Shown here in pieces: positions 19,401-34,400 of a stretch of DNA of 64,000 nt. The DNA comes from a virus, in the IMG/VR virus record IMGVR_UViG_3300032236_000879, positions 19,247 to 83,246 of that record; one strand, given 5' to 3'. The notes beneath the pieces are model-generated. The model saw only the letters and a program-made list of their open reading frames with translations, had not been told where the DNA came from and searched no databases. A program made the position numbers and the translations under genes. The number at the start of each line of letters is the position of its first letter. Position 1 is the first letter of the stretch.

Positions 19401-22400
19401 ATACGTTTAACTACGTCTATAATAGTAATCCAGTAACACAAAAAGTAAACACCGGATATGTTTATAATTATACCAATGCAGCGACTTACAAGAGATTGTT
19501 AGGTTGGGAAACTGCAATCGCGCCTAGCCAGCAGTATCAGATTCTGGAGTTTAATTTTGTTCCAGGAACCACACAAACATCTAATCAGTTCTTGTGTGAT
19601 ATTGCACCTCTTGCTCCTTTGGGGCCACATGAAACTGGTTGGCCAAGAGTCAAGGTGTACATCAATAATGAATACCAAGATACAAATACATACACCTATA
19701 CAACAACTGATACTACCACTACTGTAATACTCAATACTCTTCCTACAGTAAAAACTGTGATTCAGATTTTGATTCTAAGTGATCAAGTGAGCAAGGCAGG
19801 TTATTATCAGATTCCGTTGAATCTAAGCAACAATCCATTCAACACTGACTTGACAGTTGTTAATACAGGTGATATTAGAACACAGTATCAAGATATCTTT
19901 ATCAATTCTCCTATCGTTACAGGAACTATTTTCGGTACAAATAACTTCAGAGATTGCGGTGATCTAGTACCTTATGGCACTAAGATCATTCAGAACAGTG
20001 CTTCACTTGTGTTGCCTGGAATGTCCCTACGTAATCCGCAATATAATCTATTCAATGCTCTGCAATTTAACTCTAATGAATACATCAAGTACAAGCAATT
20101 GATCGTAGACACTGTGCAGAACACAGATTATGTTCAGCGATATACTCCTTCACAAATTTTGGATGATGCGATCTCACAGATTGCCGCAGCTAAAAGTGAA
20201 GTAAATGCATTCTTCTGGTCAGACATGCTACCAAATCAGAATTCATATATTAGCAATACATATGTCTTTAATAATGATTTGGATAGATCACAGTATCCAT
20301 TGAGTCATGTATATAATTTCGAGAGTGCAAATTATAATGGTGTTCTAGTTTATTTGACCCGTAATATCGGTGGAATCCTTGCTGAAAGACAATTGATTAC
20401 TGGTGTCGAATATGTCATTAGTACTGATTCACCCACGTTGACCATCACTATTCCAATGTTGCAAGGTGACAATGTAACAATCAAAGAATATAATCAGACT
20501 TATGGTTCTTATGTACCAAATACTCCAACTAAGTTAGGTATATATCCTAAGTTTATTCCGGGAGTTGTACTTGATCCGAATTACACGATCCCTACTTACT
20601 TCATTCAAGGTCATGACGGATCATATACCAAACTATACGGTGATTATATTCCTGAAGCTAATGTACTAGTTGATTTCAGAGATCAGGCACTATTGGAATT
20701 TGAACAGAGAGTCTATAACAACCTCAAGTTAAGCACAGAGACACCTATCAAGCGTTATGAAGTTGTTCCTGGATTCTTTAGGACTTCAACATATACTTGG
20801 GATCAGTATCTACAAATCTATTCGACTCAGTTTCTAAATTGGATCGGTCAGAATCGAATCGATTATAAGACACAGTACTTCTCACGAGTAAATGAGTTCA
20901 CTTACAACTATACTAATTCTACAAGTAAAGTAGACAATAATCCTATCGTCCAGGGATACTGGAGAGGACTATACGAATACTACTATGATACTACTACTCC
21001 AAACACTACTCCATGGGAGATGTTAGGATTTGAGATCATGCCAGATTGGTGGACCTCTCGCTACGGTCCCGCTCCGTATACGAGTGATAACGGAATCCTC
21101 TGGGGCGACCTAGAGCAGGGACTAGTATGGAATAACGGTGAACCTTATATCAATCCTCTCGTAGCTCGACCTGGCTTATCAAAGATCATTCCAGTTGACT
21201 CTAATGGAAATCTACTCTCTCCTTATAAAGTGATCGTAGGTAATTATAATCCAAGCACATTCAATAAAGATTGGAAAGTCGGTGATGATGCTCCTGCTGA
21301 ATTGAGCTATCGTCGTAGTTCAACTTATCCGTTCGACTTGACTAGAATCTTTGCACTAACCCGTCCTGCTGAATTCTACAATCTCTGTGTTGATCTGGAT
21401 CACTACAAATATAATGTAGAGTTCAATCAGTATCTTGTTGATGATAGAAGCCATCTAGTCCCAGCAAATATCCAAGTATACGGTAATGGTATAGCAAAGA
21501 CCAGCTATCTAAACTGGATCGTTGATTTTGAAAAGCAACAAGGAATTGATTCTACTACTGAATTAACAACATCACTCAATAACCTAGATGTAAGACTAGT
21601 ATATCGTCTTGCTGGTTATAGTGATAAGTCATTGCTTCAGTTTTATGTTGAAAAACCATCACCTAGCAGTACCAACGCATCACTGTTGATTCCAAATGAA
21701 AGCTATGCTATTCTACTATATGATAACCAAGCATTTGATCGCATCATGTTTAGCGGTGTCATTGTTCAGCAGAATGATTCATACTGGACAGTATATGGTA
21801 ACTCACAGACTAATGCGTACTTCCAGATACTTGATCCAAACTTCAATGGAAATTGGACAACACTAACTACTGAAAATATATCAGTGAAGGTAGCACAATC
21901 ATACAGCACTAATGTTTCTCTAGTGCCATATGGTACTAAGTTCTACAGCACACAAGACTTAGCACAATTCCTGATCTCATACGGTAAATATCTAGAATCA
22001 AAAGGAATGGTTTTTGATGCAATCGAAAATGGAATTCATGTCACTTGGCAACAGATGGTGTATGAATATCTATACTGGGTTCAGACAGGATGGTCAATCG
22101 GAAGTATAATCACATTGAATCCTGCTGCAACAACAATGGATATCAATCAGCCGAGTGCCATCGTTCAACCATTGACGATCCAACAGCAGAATTTTGTGTT
22201 GAATCAAAATCTATATCCTATCAAGCTCAACGATCTCTGCATCAATCGTGATGGTACATTGCTTCATATGCACACGTTGAATGCAGGAGATACTATGGCT
22301 TATGCACAGTTCAACTTGAGCAATTTTGAACATGGTATCGTGTTTGATAACTATACCCTATTCAATGACACCATCTATAATTTGATAACCGGACTTTATC

Positions 22401-25400
22401 AGAATAGAATCTTTGTTCGAGGACAAAAGACTGCTGAATGGAACGGAACGGTCAATGCTTGGGGATTCATTCTAAATCAGACTGATATTCACGAATTCAA
22501 TTCTTTCACGAAATATACTAAGGGTGAGATTGTAAAATACAAAAATAAGTATTGGACTTCATTAACCATCATTGAACCATCCGGCGTCTTTGATGAGACA
22601 AAGTGGAAGCAGATCAATTACAGCAAGATTCAGCAAGGAATGTTTGCTAACCCAAGCACTCGTGCATATGAAAGCACGTTGTATTATGATGCACAGAAGG
22701 CTAATCTACACCAAGATGCTGATTTGTTATCCTTCTCATTGATCGGCTATCGTCCGCGTGATTATCTCGCACTCATTGACTTGACTGATACTGCACAAGT
22801 TCAAGTCTACAAGAACATGATTAGAAATAAAGGTACGCTCAATGCATTGAATGCATTCAAGGGAGCTAACCTTCCACAGGGCGGAATTCAGTACGACATT
22901 TATGAGAACTGGTCTATTCTAACAGGCACATACGGCGGTGTGCTAAATGAAAATTTTGTAGATTTCAGGCTTCAACAAGCAGACATGACAGGTGATCCTG
23001 CAATTGTCAGCCTAACCAACGGTAACGGTACAGCAGGAACGATGCAAGAAGTGTCGATATATGATCTATACAACTATGGCACGGAGATCACTTCACCTGA
23101 CATTCTTAGTACTACAACAGCAACACCTACACAGATTCTATATCCTAGTGCAGGATACGTCAACTTCAATGATGTCAAGATGTCAACATATTTCTATTCG
23201 GGATTGCCTACCGCAACAGATATAAATGGCAAGATCATTCCTATTCAGAATTTCTATGTCGGTGAATTCATCTGGATGGCAAACTTCAAAGAGAAGTGGG
23301 GCGTCTTTAGATGGAAGCCTATCGGTCAAGTAACCCAGGTCAGAAATAATCAAAACCAAACAGCAACAGTCACGTTCAACACTCCGCACGGATTGAGCAA
23401 GTTAGATCCAATGGCAATCATCAACTTTGCTACATCGGTTGACGGGTACTATATCGTGACTGACGTTGTTAATTTATATGAAGTCATCATTAATCTATCA
23501 ATCGTTGGTGCTAATCAGACAACTGTTCAAGGGCGTGGGCTGGGCTTCGCATTCGAATCACAGCGTGTTGCGACTCCAAGTGAGATTGAAACACTTAATT
23601 TAACTGAGAATGAATTCATCAAGAACCTAGTGTGGGTAGATGAAAATAATGACGGTGGTTGGGCAGTCTATGAGAAGAGCATCAATTACCTATATCAAAA
23701 TCAATTACAGCTTCCAGAATCTACTACATATGGTTCCGCAGTCGCATACACTGATACATCAGGATATCTCGTAGGGGATGCGGGCGCTAACCGTGTTTAT
23801 CGATATTCTTATAACAATGTATCCGGTCAATCGACACTCACTCAAACTGTTGTACCATACGGTGGATCCATTGCTACCTCATTCGGATCAAATATCGCAT
23901 ATGCTAAGAATATCTATGTGATCGGTGCTAATGGTCCAGGTGAAGATGACATTGGTAATTTTATCTATGTAATAAATGATAGCATCATTTCAACTGATAT
24001 GCTAAAATATCAGAATGATTACATCTATGCGTCAGCCGCTGACATCGCAATGTCAGATGATGCTAATTGGCTATATGTGTCTGATATTGCAAATGGGCTT
24101 GTTTTAGCATATCGCAGAGATAACATCACATTTAATGCAGGGTATTTCACTTCAGGTGAAACTTACATTATCGATAGTTTAGGCACTACTGATTTTACTG
24201 CTATTGGTGCTATACAAAACAAAGTTGGAATTGCATTTATTGCAACTGGTCCTGGTACAGGAACAGGTGTCGCAACACAAGCATCATACAAGCTAGCGCA
24301 CATCATCAACTGTGCTGATTTGGGACTGACTGCTGATAGTAAATTCGGTAATTCTCTATCAACCAACTATGATGGTAGTGTTCTGATGATAGGTGCTCCT
24401 GATGTAGCTGATACTAGTCCGGTTCTTGCTAACTGGGGTGCGGCATATGTTTATCAGCGAGCAGTACAAACATTTGAAGCTCAGTATTCGAGCGTTCCTT
24501 ATCAACCGTTCGCATTTAATCTAGCCTGGACACCCCAGACAAACACATTCCTTCCTCCGCAGACATTGACTTCGACTACTGTTATTGGAAATTACATTTA
24601 TGTTAATGATGCAACTTATCTTAGAATAAACATGCCTGTCATGTTCATCGCTGGAAGTGCAGGTGCTGGATTAAATAATAGCGGAATCAATCCATACGTC
24701 ACTTATTATATTGCAGATATTATAGAAAACACAATTGCATTAAAGACCTCACGTTCAACTAGCACTATTGTTAGCTTGATTGATGGTACAATCACATGCA
24801 CTATGTATCCGCAATATGATGTGAACGGAAGCACTAGGGTTTATGTTTCTGTTAACGGCAAAGTGGTTCAAGATAACAACTATGCATTAGCCGGAAGTAC
24901 TCTGTACTATACAGGTAATTTACAAGTAGGTGACATTGTTAACGTTAGTGGTACTGATTTCTTTATGGCGCAAGAATTTAATTCTGAGTACAACAATAGA
25001 CCTGATGTATATTTTGGTACTTCTGTTGCAGTCACAAAGTATGGATCAACTGTTCTTGTAGGTTCACCGTATGAAATCGATACAGACGGTAAAGAAGGTG
25101 CAGTATATAGTTATACAAACGGCGGTGCAAAATATGGTCTAGTGATCGGTACATCACCTTGTAATATCACATCTGCTAGAACATTATTAATTAATGGGTT
25201 TGCAGTATACTTACCTATCGGAAATGCCGCTGTAGTGGCAAATGCGATAAATGGTTCAAATATTAATAATATACAAGCAGCCGCAACTGCTGATAATAAG
25301 ATCATGATTCAGCTTATTAATAGTTCTCTGGCAGGAGTTGATAACAAATTGTTATTGACAACATTTGACAGTAATCTATTTGGTGAGCTGGGTGTGGAAC

Positions 25401-28400
25401 TATTTACTAATACTCAGATTATCAAGTGCCCGCATCAATTTGGTCCAACTGAGTTCGGGTACAAAGTAAAAACAAATCATGCAAATAGTATCGTAATCTC
25501 TGCTCCTGTTGGTACACGATATGAAGGTACAGTATTTGATTTTACAGATGACAATAATCTAGACAATGATACTGTGTTCGATAATAATGCGACTCAGTTT
25601 GTAGATACTTATCCAAATGCCGGTGCAGTATATATGTTTGAGTATCTCTCAAATTATAATGAAAATCTGGCAAATCCTGGAACATGGACTTACGCACAAA
25701 GCACAAATGATATCTCAACTGATTATGGATATAATCCTCAATACGGTGCAGCACTAGATTTCAATCAATATAATGTGATGATAGGTTCTCCGAACTTCCA
25801 ACCATATACTCTTGGTGGAGAAGTCATCGTTTATAATAATGCTACAGGCGCGAATGACTGGACAGTCTATAGACAGAGTGCACCTGTTGTAGATATCAAC
25901 AAGGTTCAGAATACACAACTGTATAGTGCTTCTACTAATAACACACTCACCAATCTTGACTACATCGATCCTCTGCAAAATAAACTTCTAGGTGCTGCTC
26001 GTGAGAATCTCGACTTTGTGACAGGAGTAGATCCTGCTGTTTATAATGTGAGCTATAACGCAGAAGCTGGCCCAGTCTGGGGAGCACCTCAAGTGGGTAA
26101 GCTATGGTTTGATACAGCAAACGTGAGATGGGTGAACTATCATCAGAATGATGTAGTATACAATAGCAAATATTGGGGAGAAGTATTCCCTGGATCAGAC
26201 GTTGCAGTCTATAGTTGGATCGCTAGCTTCATTCCGCCTCAGAACTACCAAGGACCCGGCGTTCCGTATGATGTGAATCAATTTGTCGTCAACAATACAA
26301 TGAACTCATCAAACGTTGTTGTTCCTGTTTATTATTTCTGGGTACGTAACACTAATGTAATTTTCAGCAAGACAGGTAAAACGTTATCTGATTCTGTCGT
26401 TCAGAATTACATTTCTAATCCTCGTACTTCCGGTATTCCATTCATGGCTCCGGTATTACCGAACACATTCTCTATCTATAATTCAGGTAATTTCTTCAAT
26501 GCAGATGACACGGTGTTCCATATTGGATTTGCGAATGGATCGTCACAGGATATCGTTCACAACGAATACTCATTGATCAGAGAAAATTTTGCAGATGATT
26601 TCTTGCCTGGATTCCCTAATACAAATAATGCACACAATGAATCAGGAGTTCACGGTGATATCGGAAAAGAATATATCTACGGTGCACCATCGTCGCTATA
26701 CGCTAAGATGATCGACTCTCTTGCAGGATGTACTCCTGCAGGAAATATCGTACCTGATCCATTCTTACCTTTGGCAGTTCAATCAGGTGTTCTAGTTCGC
26801 CCAAGCCAGAGCTTCTTCTATGATAGATTTGCGGCATTAGATAATTACTTGTCATATGCCAACAGCGTATTGATCAATTATCCAATCTTTGAATTACGTG
26901 AAGAACTCTCGTTCTTGTTCACATCCGGAACTTATTTTAATACTCCGGATTATTGGAGCTATGTTGATTGGTGGGCTACCGGTTATAATAATAGCACAAA
27001 GGCATCAGTGCAAGTAGCAGTGTATGCTGATCTATCCACATTGAATGTTCCGGTTGGTACTATCGCAAAAGTAAATCAAAATGGTGCAGGCAAGTGGGAA
27101 GTATATATTCAATCATACACCAATATTTGGACAAGAATTGGATTACAGAACGGAACACTTCAGTTCAGCAGTTCTCTCTGGGATTACTCGGCTGGTAAGT
27201 TAGGTTGGTCAGGAAACTTCTTTGACACAACTCCGTTTGATCTCTATCCTAGTGAAGAAACCCGAAGCATCGTTCGTGCATTGAACGAACAGATTTATAT
27301 TGGTGATCTATTGATTCATAGAAACAAGAGCTTGATCTTGCTATTTGAATACATTCAATCTGAAACAATTGAATCTCAGAATTTCTTACCTTGGTTAAAC
27401 AAGACTTCATTGGTTGATGTTGCTCACACCATCCGTGAACTGCTTCCTTATGAAGTATATAAAACAGATGATCAAGTATTCTTATCTGGATATGTCAATG
27501 AAGCCAAACCATATCGTGTTGTCATTAAGGACTTCTTATTCAAATATACAAAAACTGATGTATTTGAAGGTGACATAACTGACTTTGATCTTCCTGCAAT
27601 CTACGATTCAGTAAATCAACAATTCGTATCACCACAGTTAATCTATACAACCGATACTAGCAGCGATTATGAATTTAATACTACTAGTCAAATCTGGCAG
27701 AATGTAAACTATTCTCAGTGGTTCCAACACTACGGTCTATCAGTAACTGGACAACCTGAGTTCCCGATCACAATTTTAAGTTCATATCTAAATCGTAGAT
27801 CAACTTATATTATTGTAGATAATGCACACGGTTTCCCAACTAACGGTATCATAACAATTGGAACAGAACAGATCAGCTATTCATATGTTGATCGTGCCCT
27901 TAATATCATAGGTGGACTGACTAGAGGGGTGAATCAAACTACTCCAGTAGATCATATTCCAGGAGAACAAATCATCATTGATCTTCCTGCTGTGATACTA
28001 TTGGATGGGGGCCGTGGTTATGCTAATCCGCCTAAAGTGACAGCGGTATTCGATACTACAAAATATCCTGCTCCTAGAGAAGATGCGACATTTGAAGCAG
28101 TATTAGGAAATGGTTCTGTCGTTCAGATCAATGTCACTAATCCAGGGAGTGGATATGCAGTTCTACCTGATCTAGTAATCGAACCTGCATTGACTGTCTA
28201 TTTTGATAACACAAACATCAATTCAAGATTCCATACAATTAACGTGTATGCACCTGCACTACAAACAGGCGATCTAATTCAATATAGACCTGGAACAGGC
28301 GCTGGTGCCGGAAGACTCGCAGATGGGCAGTGGTATTATATCAACGTCCTAGAAACTAGCACGATTTCTGTCATCGGATTGTATACGACTTATAGCAATG

Positions 28401-31400
28401 CAATCAACGATCAGGATAGAGTAACAATATTCGATAATGGAACAGCCGCAGGGATGTCATTGAATCTAGGTGCCAAAGCATCTATCATTACTTCTTCTGC
28501 ACCTGTTAGAGAAAATATTGTTACACTACGTTTTGATAGAACCTCATATGGATCAAAGATTCAAGATTGGCAAGCCGATTCGTTCTATGGTGCTTATTTC
28601 GCAGGTAGCTATTATAGCGTAGATACAACATCATCTAGTTCTCCGCTTCTATTAGAAAACACAAATCCTGATATTAATACGATTACTGCTTCTGCCGATG
28701 GTGTGACGTTTGAAATTACTAGTGTTTCAAATGAAGAGCAAACCACATGGTCATCTTACACTCGATCGGTGGGTAGCACGATTGCTGCAAATAATGCTAT
28801 CAGACTCATTCCTCAAGATGGGAACAACAATCCATTAGGGGCTGAACCTAATGCATCGGGTACGACAATTGGATTCTATGTAGGAATGCCAATCAAGTTC
28901 CACGGAACTGTCATCGGTGGAATAGTACAGGATCAAGTTTATTATGTTGCACAGGTATTGAATGAGATTGATTTTACTATCTCTGCAATATCAGGTGGAT
29001 CAGTTGTCAGTTTGACAAATTCTACTGCTAATTATCCACTCTATTGCTACACAGGTGAAGTAGTCGATACTGCGCTCATCAATGTAAACTATCCAGGCAT
29101 ATTAACTGCTACTGCAACTTCAGCCAGTAACAATGCGATCACTGTTCCATTGACAGCAATAGGTACAGGCGGTACTAATGGATTCTATCCAGGATTGACT
29201 GTATTTTTTACCGGCACTGATTCACAGTTTACTGCATTTGGAAATGCGATCACTGCAAATGAAGTCTATTATGTTAACACAATAATCGATGAACAAACAT
29301 TCACTATTTCTGAATTCAAGAATCCTACATTTACGAATGTGCTGCATAATGTTACAGAAAATAACACAGTTTACCCTATCACTGCTAATGTAACACAGAC
29401 TATTGGTTCAACCGATATAGTTGTTGTAGATTCTACGCAAGACTTTAATCTACATGATCCTGTGATCTTTAATTCAATGGTTGTCTCTGGGAACCCAGTA
29501 ACAACATTCGGTGGAATCGTTTCGGGAACAGTGTACTACGTAAGTCAAATTGTCAACGGTACTGAAATGAAGATTTCCCAGACATCGACTGGGGTAACAT
29601 ATAATCTATCAGATCAAACAGGTACAGCGATTGCTACTAACCAAAGTAACGTAGTTCAGCTTACAACTGCCACTGGTCAATTGACCCTTAATGTTGCATT
29701 GCCAGTAAGCCCGGGACAAGTCAATGGACAAAAATTAAAGTTCTATCAAACATCAACCCAGTTTACTGGAATAAACACAGGTGTTATTAGCAACCTAATC
29801 AAAACAAGTGTTGATGCTACTATTGGTACTGTAAACAAGATTGCAGTTGGAACAACAACTAATTTCTATACTAATATGCCTGTGCAGTTTGAGGTTGCAA
29901 CAGGTGGGTTGCTTACAGGAACAACTTACTATGTCATAGATTATACAGGCAATGGTGGCATTACTCCTACATTACAGGTTGTTGTTTCAGCTACTTCTTC
30001 GACTGGAAATAAATTGATCTGTAAGTCTGGAACTAATACTGGTGACTTATATGTAAATATGCCATTGATATTCTCCGGTACCGGACTCGGAGGAATCATC
30101 ATCGGTGAAGTATACTACGTCAAAAGTGTAGTAGATAGCACACACTTCACGGTCTCGCTATCTCCGGGCGGAGCTACATTAACTTTAGCAAATGACTCAG
30201 GGTACATGTTAGGTACCGGGGATTCTTATATCACTGTTTCACTCACACCCGGTGGTTCTCTCGTATCATTGTCTACTAGCACAACCGCTTCAACATTAGA
30301 TCAGATTGTCACTGCTACTCCTACATTTGATATTTCTTATATACTCGGTGGATATAGAGCAATCATTGCAAACGGCGGAACAGGTTTTGCAGTAGATAAC
30401 GTGATCACTATTAGTGGTACTGCGGTCGGCGGAGTATCCCCTGCAAATGATATTATAATAACAGTTGCTGCGGTTGACACAAATGGTGCAATAACCAGTA
30501 TATCTCTTGCAGGTAATCCGCCCGACATTGAGTTGAGTTATTATGTGAAAGTAGTTTCTGCAACAGGATTAGAACTCTACCAAGATTCACTTTTATCTAT
30601 TCCAGTAAACGGTAAGACATTACCATATACAGGATTTACAAGTGCTAATGTAACTCAAACAAGTAGCACCGGAAATATTATTACAGTATCAAGTTCTACT
30701 GCATTCAGTATAAATGATGAAGTCATTTTTACTGGAAACGTGATCGGTAATATCGTATTAGGTCAACCTTACTACGTGATCTCAAAGCCATCATCAACAC
30801 AGATCAGAGTATCACAATTGCCAAATGGTTCACCGTTCAATCCAGGCAATGCAACAGGATCATGCTTAGTGACGAAGCCAGGAAGCTTTGCATATCTACC
30901 TGAACCATTCTACTTCCAACCATCTATCATCAGATACAATAACAGGCTATATGAATGCTTAGTATCAAATAATGATCCTGAGTTCGTGTTCGGTAAATGG
31001 CAATTGATTGATTCGGGTGCTCGCAATATCAATGCAATGGACAGAGTCATTGGTTACTATCAACCAACTGCAAATATGCCAGGCAAAGATTTAACACAAT
31101 TGTTCGAGGGCGTTTCATATCCAAACCCAATCTATTATGGTAATGCTTTCCAACCATCACAGCAATTCGAGCTAGATACATTATTACAAGATCAACCATT
31201 CTACCCTACCGGAGTTCAACTTACTTCAGTCGTATACAATAACGGTGAATACTATGCTGCATCAAATCTAACAGATTATTCAGCAGTATTGTATAGTACA
31301 GACAACGTAAATTGGGCATTGACTAAATTGAGTAGCGTGAATGTACACACAACTGATATCATTTATCACAATAGTGTCTATGTGATGACTTCGAATAATT

Positions 31401-34400
31401 CTGCAACACCTATCTTTAGAAGTAGCAATGGAATCGATTGGAGCACTAACGGATACTTCACTCCTTGGGGAGCAGACGGTTGGTCTGATTTCAACTATGA
31501 TATGACTTCACTGAATGTTGCTGCACTTGCATTAAACAGTGTAACGACATTTAATAACTTCTGGTTTGCAGCAGGTGATAGTATCGTGTCTAGCAATGAC
31601 ACATATGTCTGGGGCAAGGTACATTCTTATCCTTCTGCAAACGCAGTGACACTATATAGCATTGCTTCTGTTTCGATTCCTAATTTTACAGGATTGATTG
31701 CAGTAGGTAAAGGGTTGAGACTCGACTATTCTACTGGAACAACTCAGCTAGTCCCTACAGATATTATCTCAACTAGTACAGACGGGTTGATCTGGCAAGA
31801 CCTTGCCTCGCTCACTGATAAAACATTCCGCGCAGTGGCAGCTAATACAAACAGAATCACTGTTGTTGGTGACAGCGGAGTTATCTACTACTCTACTGAT
31901 GGAATAAACTTCTTAGGATTGAATGAAGCAACAGTAACTAACGTAGATGACGCGAATAACATTCTATCGTTAACCAACACTGCTGGGCTGACCGTAGGGG
32001 ATACTATTAGATTCACTACTGCATTTTCATCTATTCTAGCAGGAACAACATATTTTGTCAAGAGCATCATCAGCCCGACAAGAATAACAATTTCTGCTAC
32101 ATTAGGCGGTGCCACTAAAACATTGACTCCTTATGCTATCAATAGTCAAATCATCGCATATAAGTATGATCCAGCTAATCCAAATCCGAATGCATTGTAC
32201 AATATCATCTATGCTAATGATCTCTGGGTAGCAATCGGTGCTGCAGGAACAATCAAGACTTCTTCAGATGGTATGTCATGGACTGTACGTTCATCAGGTA
32301 CAACACATAATCTGAACGGTATTATTTGGTCAGGTACAGAATTCACAGTAGTAGGTGATAACAATACAGTAATAACTTCTACTGATGGCATCACTTGGTC
32401 GGGCTCAACGATATTCAGTGTCTTGCCTTCAACATATGATGTCAAGGGAGCAGATTTCCAATACGGATATGCACCGGAAGAACTCGTTGCAGGAAATGTT
32501 CGTGATGATCTAGCGATGACAGTAGTCACCCGTCCCGGAACAAACTGGGATGCAGCAGAATATTCAAACGTTGGATATAATGTTATATCTATTGAGGTTG
32601 CACCGAAAACACAAACACAAACTATCTATAACTTTGATCGTATTGTTCAAGTTCCAGTACAGGTATCAGTACAAGTACTAGATGCATCTACTATGTTAGG
32701 AACAACACTATCACCGACTCAGTATAGTGTAGACTGGGTGAACAAAAATATCATCCTAAACTCTCCTATCTCATTCACTCCTGACATGCAGAAGTTGAGG
32801 ATTGATATATATGAAGTTGGAAATGGGGAACAGCTAGTAAAAGCAAGTACACATAATGATCCGATCAGAACTAACGTAGATACCGGATTTAACGAGATTT
32901 ACTTAAATTGTAATTACAGTGCTAACATCTTTAATGGTAGTGGTGTGATCAAACCCGGTTCATTTGATCTAACAGTGACTGCTGTTGCAACAGATAGCAT
33001 TACCAATTCAATAACGTGCGATGATGTATCCCAGTTTTCAATTGGACAAGCGGTGACATTTACAGGGGTGGTATTTGGAAACCTACAAACCAATACCACT
33101 TATTACATCAAATCAATCAGTATGATAACTGAATCTATCACAGTATCATTATCATATGATCCTATTACAGGAATCGCAGGACCTACTACAAACTTGACCA
33201 CCGATACAGGAACAATGTCTGTTAACCTAGCATACGGTTCAGATATTCCTTGGACTACTCCTTATGTAGTTCACAATGGAACTAGACTTGTTCAAGGTTA
33301 CTCAAGTCAAGTGACAGGAACGTCTTCTATAACCAATACCGTCATCACTAATTCTACTGCTGGTATGACTGTAGGAATGCCAGTAACATTCAGTAAGAGT
33401 GTGTTTGGTGTGCTTTCTCCTATAACAAGATACTACGTAGCATCAATCATAGATAATAATAATTTCACTGTTTCTGCAACTCCTAATGGATCAACAGTGA
33501 CCCTTACTGATGCAGCAGGTGCAGCATATTATATCACTAATGATTTCGCATTTGGGTTACAGCCAAACAAAATTCAAGCAACACTCATATTTGCAACTGA
33601 TACATATACTCGTGCAAATGATTATATTGCTTACTCTGTGTTCGGGGAATCTGAACCAGCAGAATACGGATATACTGTTCCGGAAAGACAAGAATTTGTA
33701 GCGAACGGAACTACAGTAGCATTCACCTTAGGTAACTATGTCGGTGGTGATAACCCAACAAATGCAATCGTAGAGATCAACGGGATTCGTCAATCGTCAT
33801 CCAAATACACTATTAGCTTTGGTACTAATAGTGTTATATTTGCAACACCTCCTGCAAATGGTGCGATTGTCGCAGTCACGAGCTACAATGTCACTGATCG
33901 TCAATATCTAAATAGCCAATACGGTATCACAGGTAATGTTGGAAGTGCATTTGCTACTTTTGTGGTAGGACAAACTAACAACGTGACCGGAACATGGGAT
34001 CAAAATTCACCGTCCGCGCAGACATGGGATGAGAATTCTCCTTCAATTATCTCGTGGGATGAGCAACAAAATTGGTTGACATTAAGTTCAGGTACTACAG
34101 GAGTATTGCACGTAAACGATCCTATCATCTTTAGTGCTCCTACTATCGGTGGACTCGTTGCCGGACAAACATACTATGTGACTCAGATTCTTGACACAAG
34201 TAATTTTGTGATTTCTGCTACATTGGGTGGTCCGGCAGTCGTATTAACTAACGATACCGGATCAATGACTGCAAATGCGAATGCGTTGATCGTTGCTCAG
34301 ATCACTAACATAAACAATAACATTACATCTCCTATTGCAGATACAGTTGCTACTGCTACAGCGACCGGAACTAATAGAATAACAGTACTAAGCACGAGCG

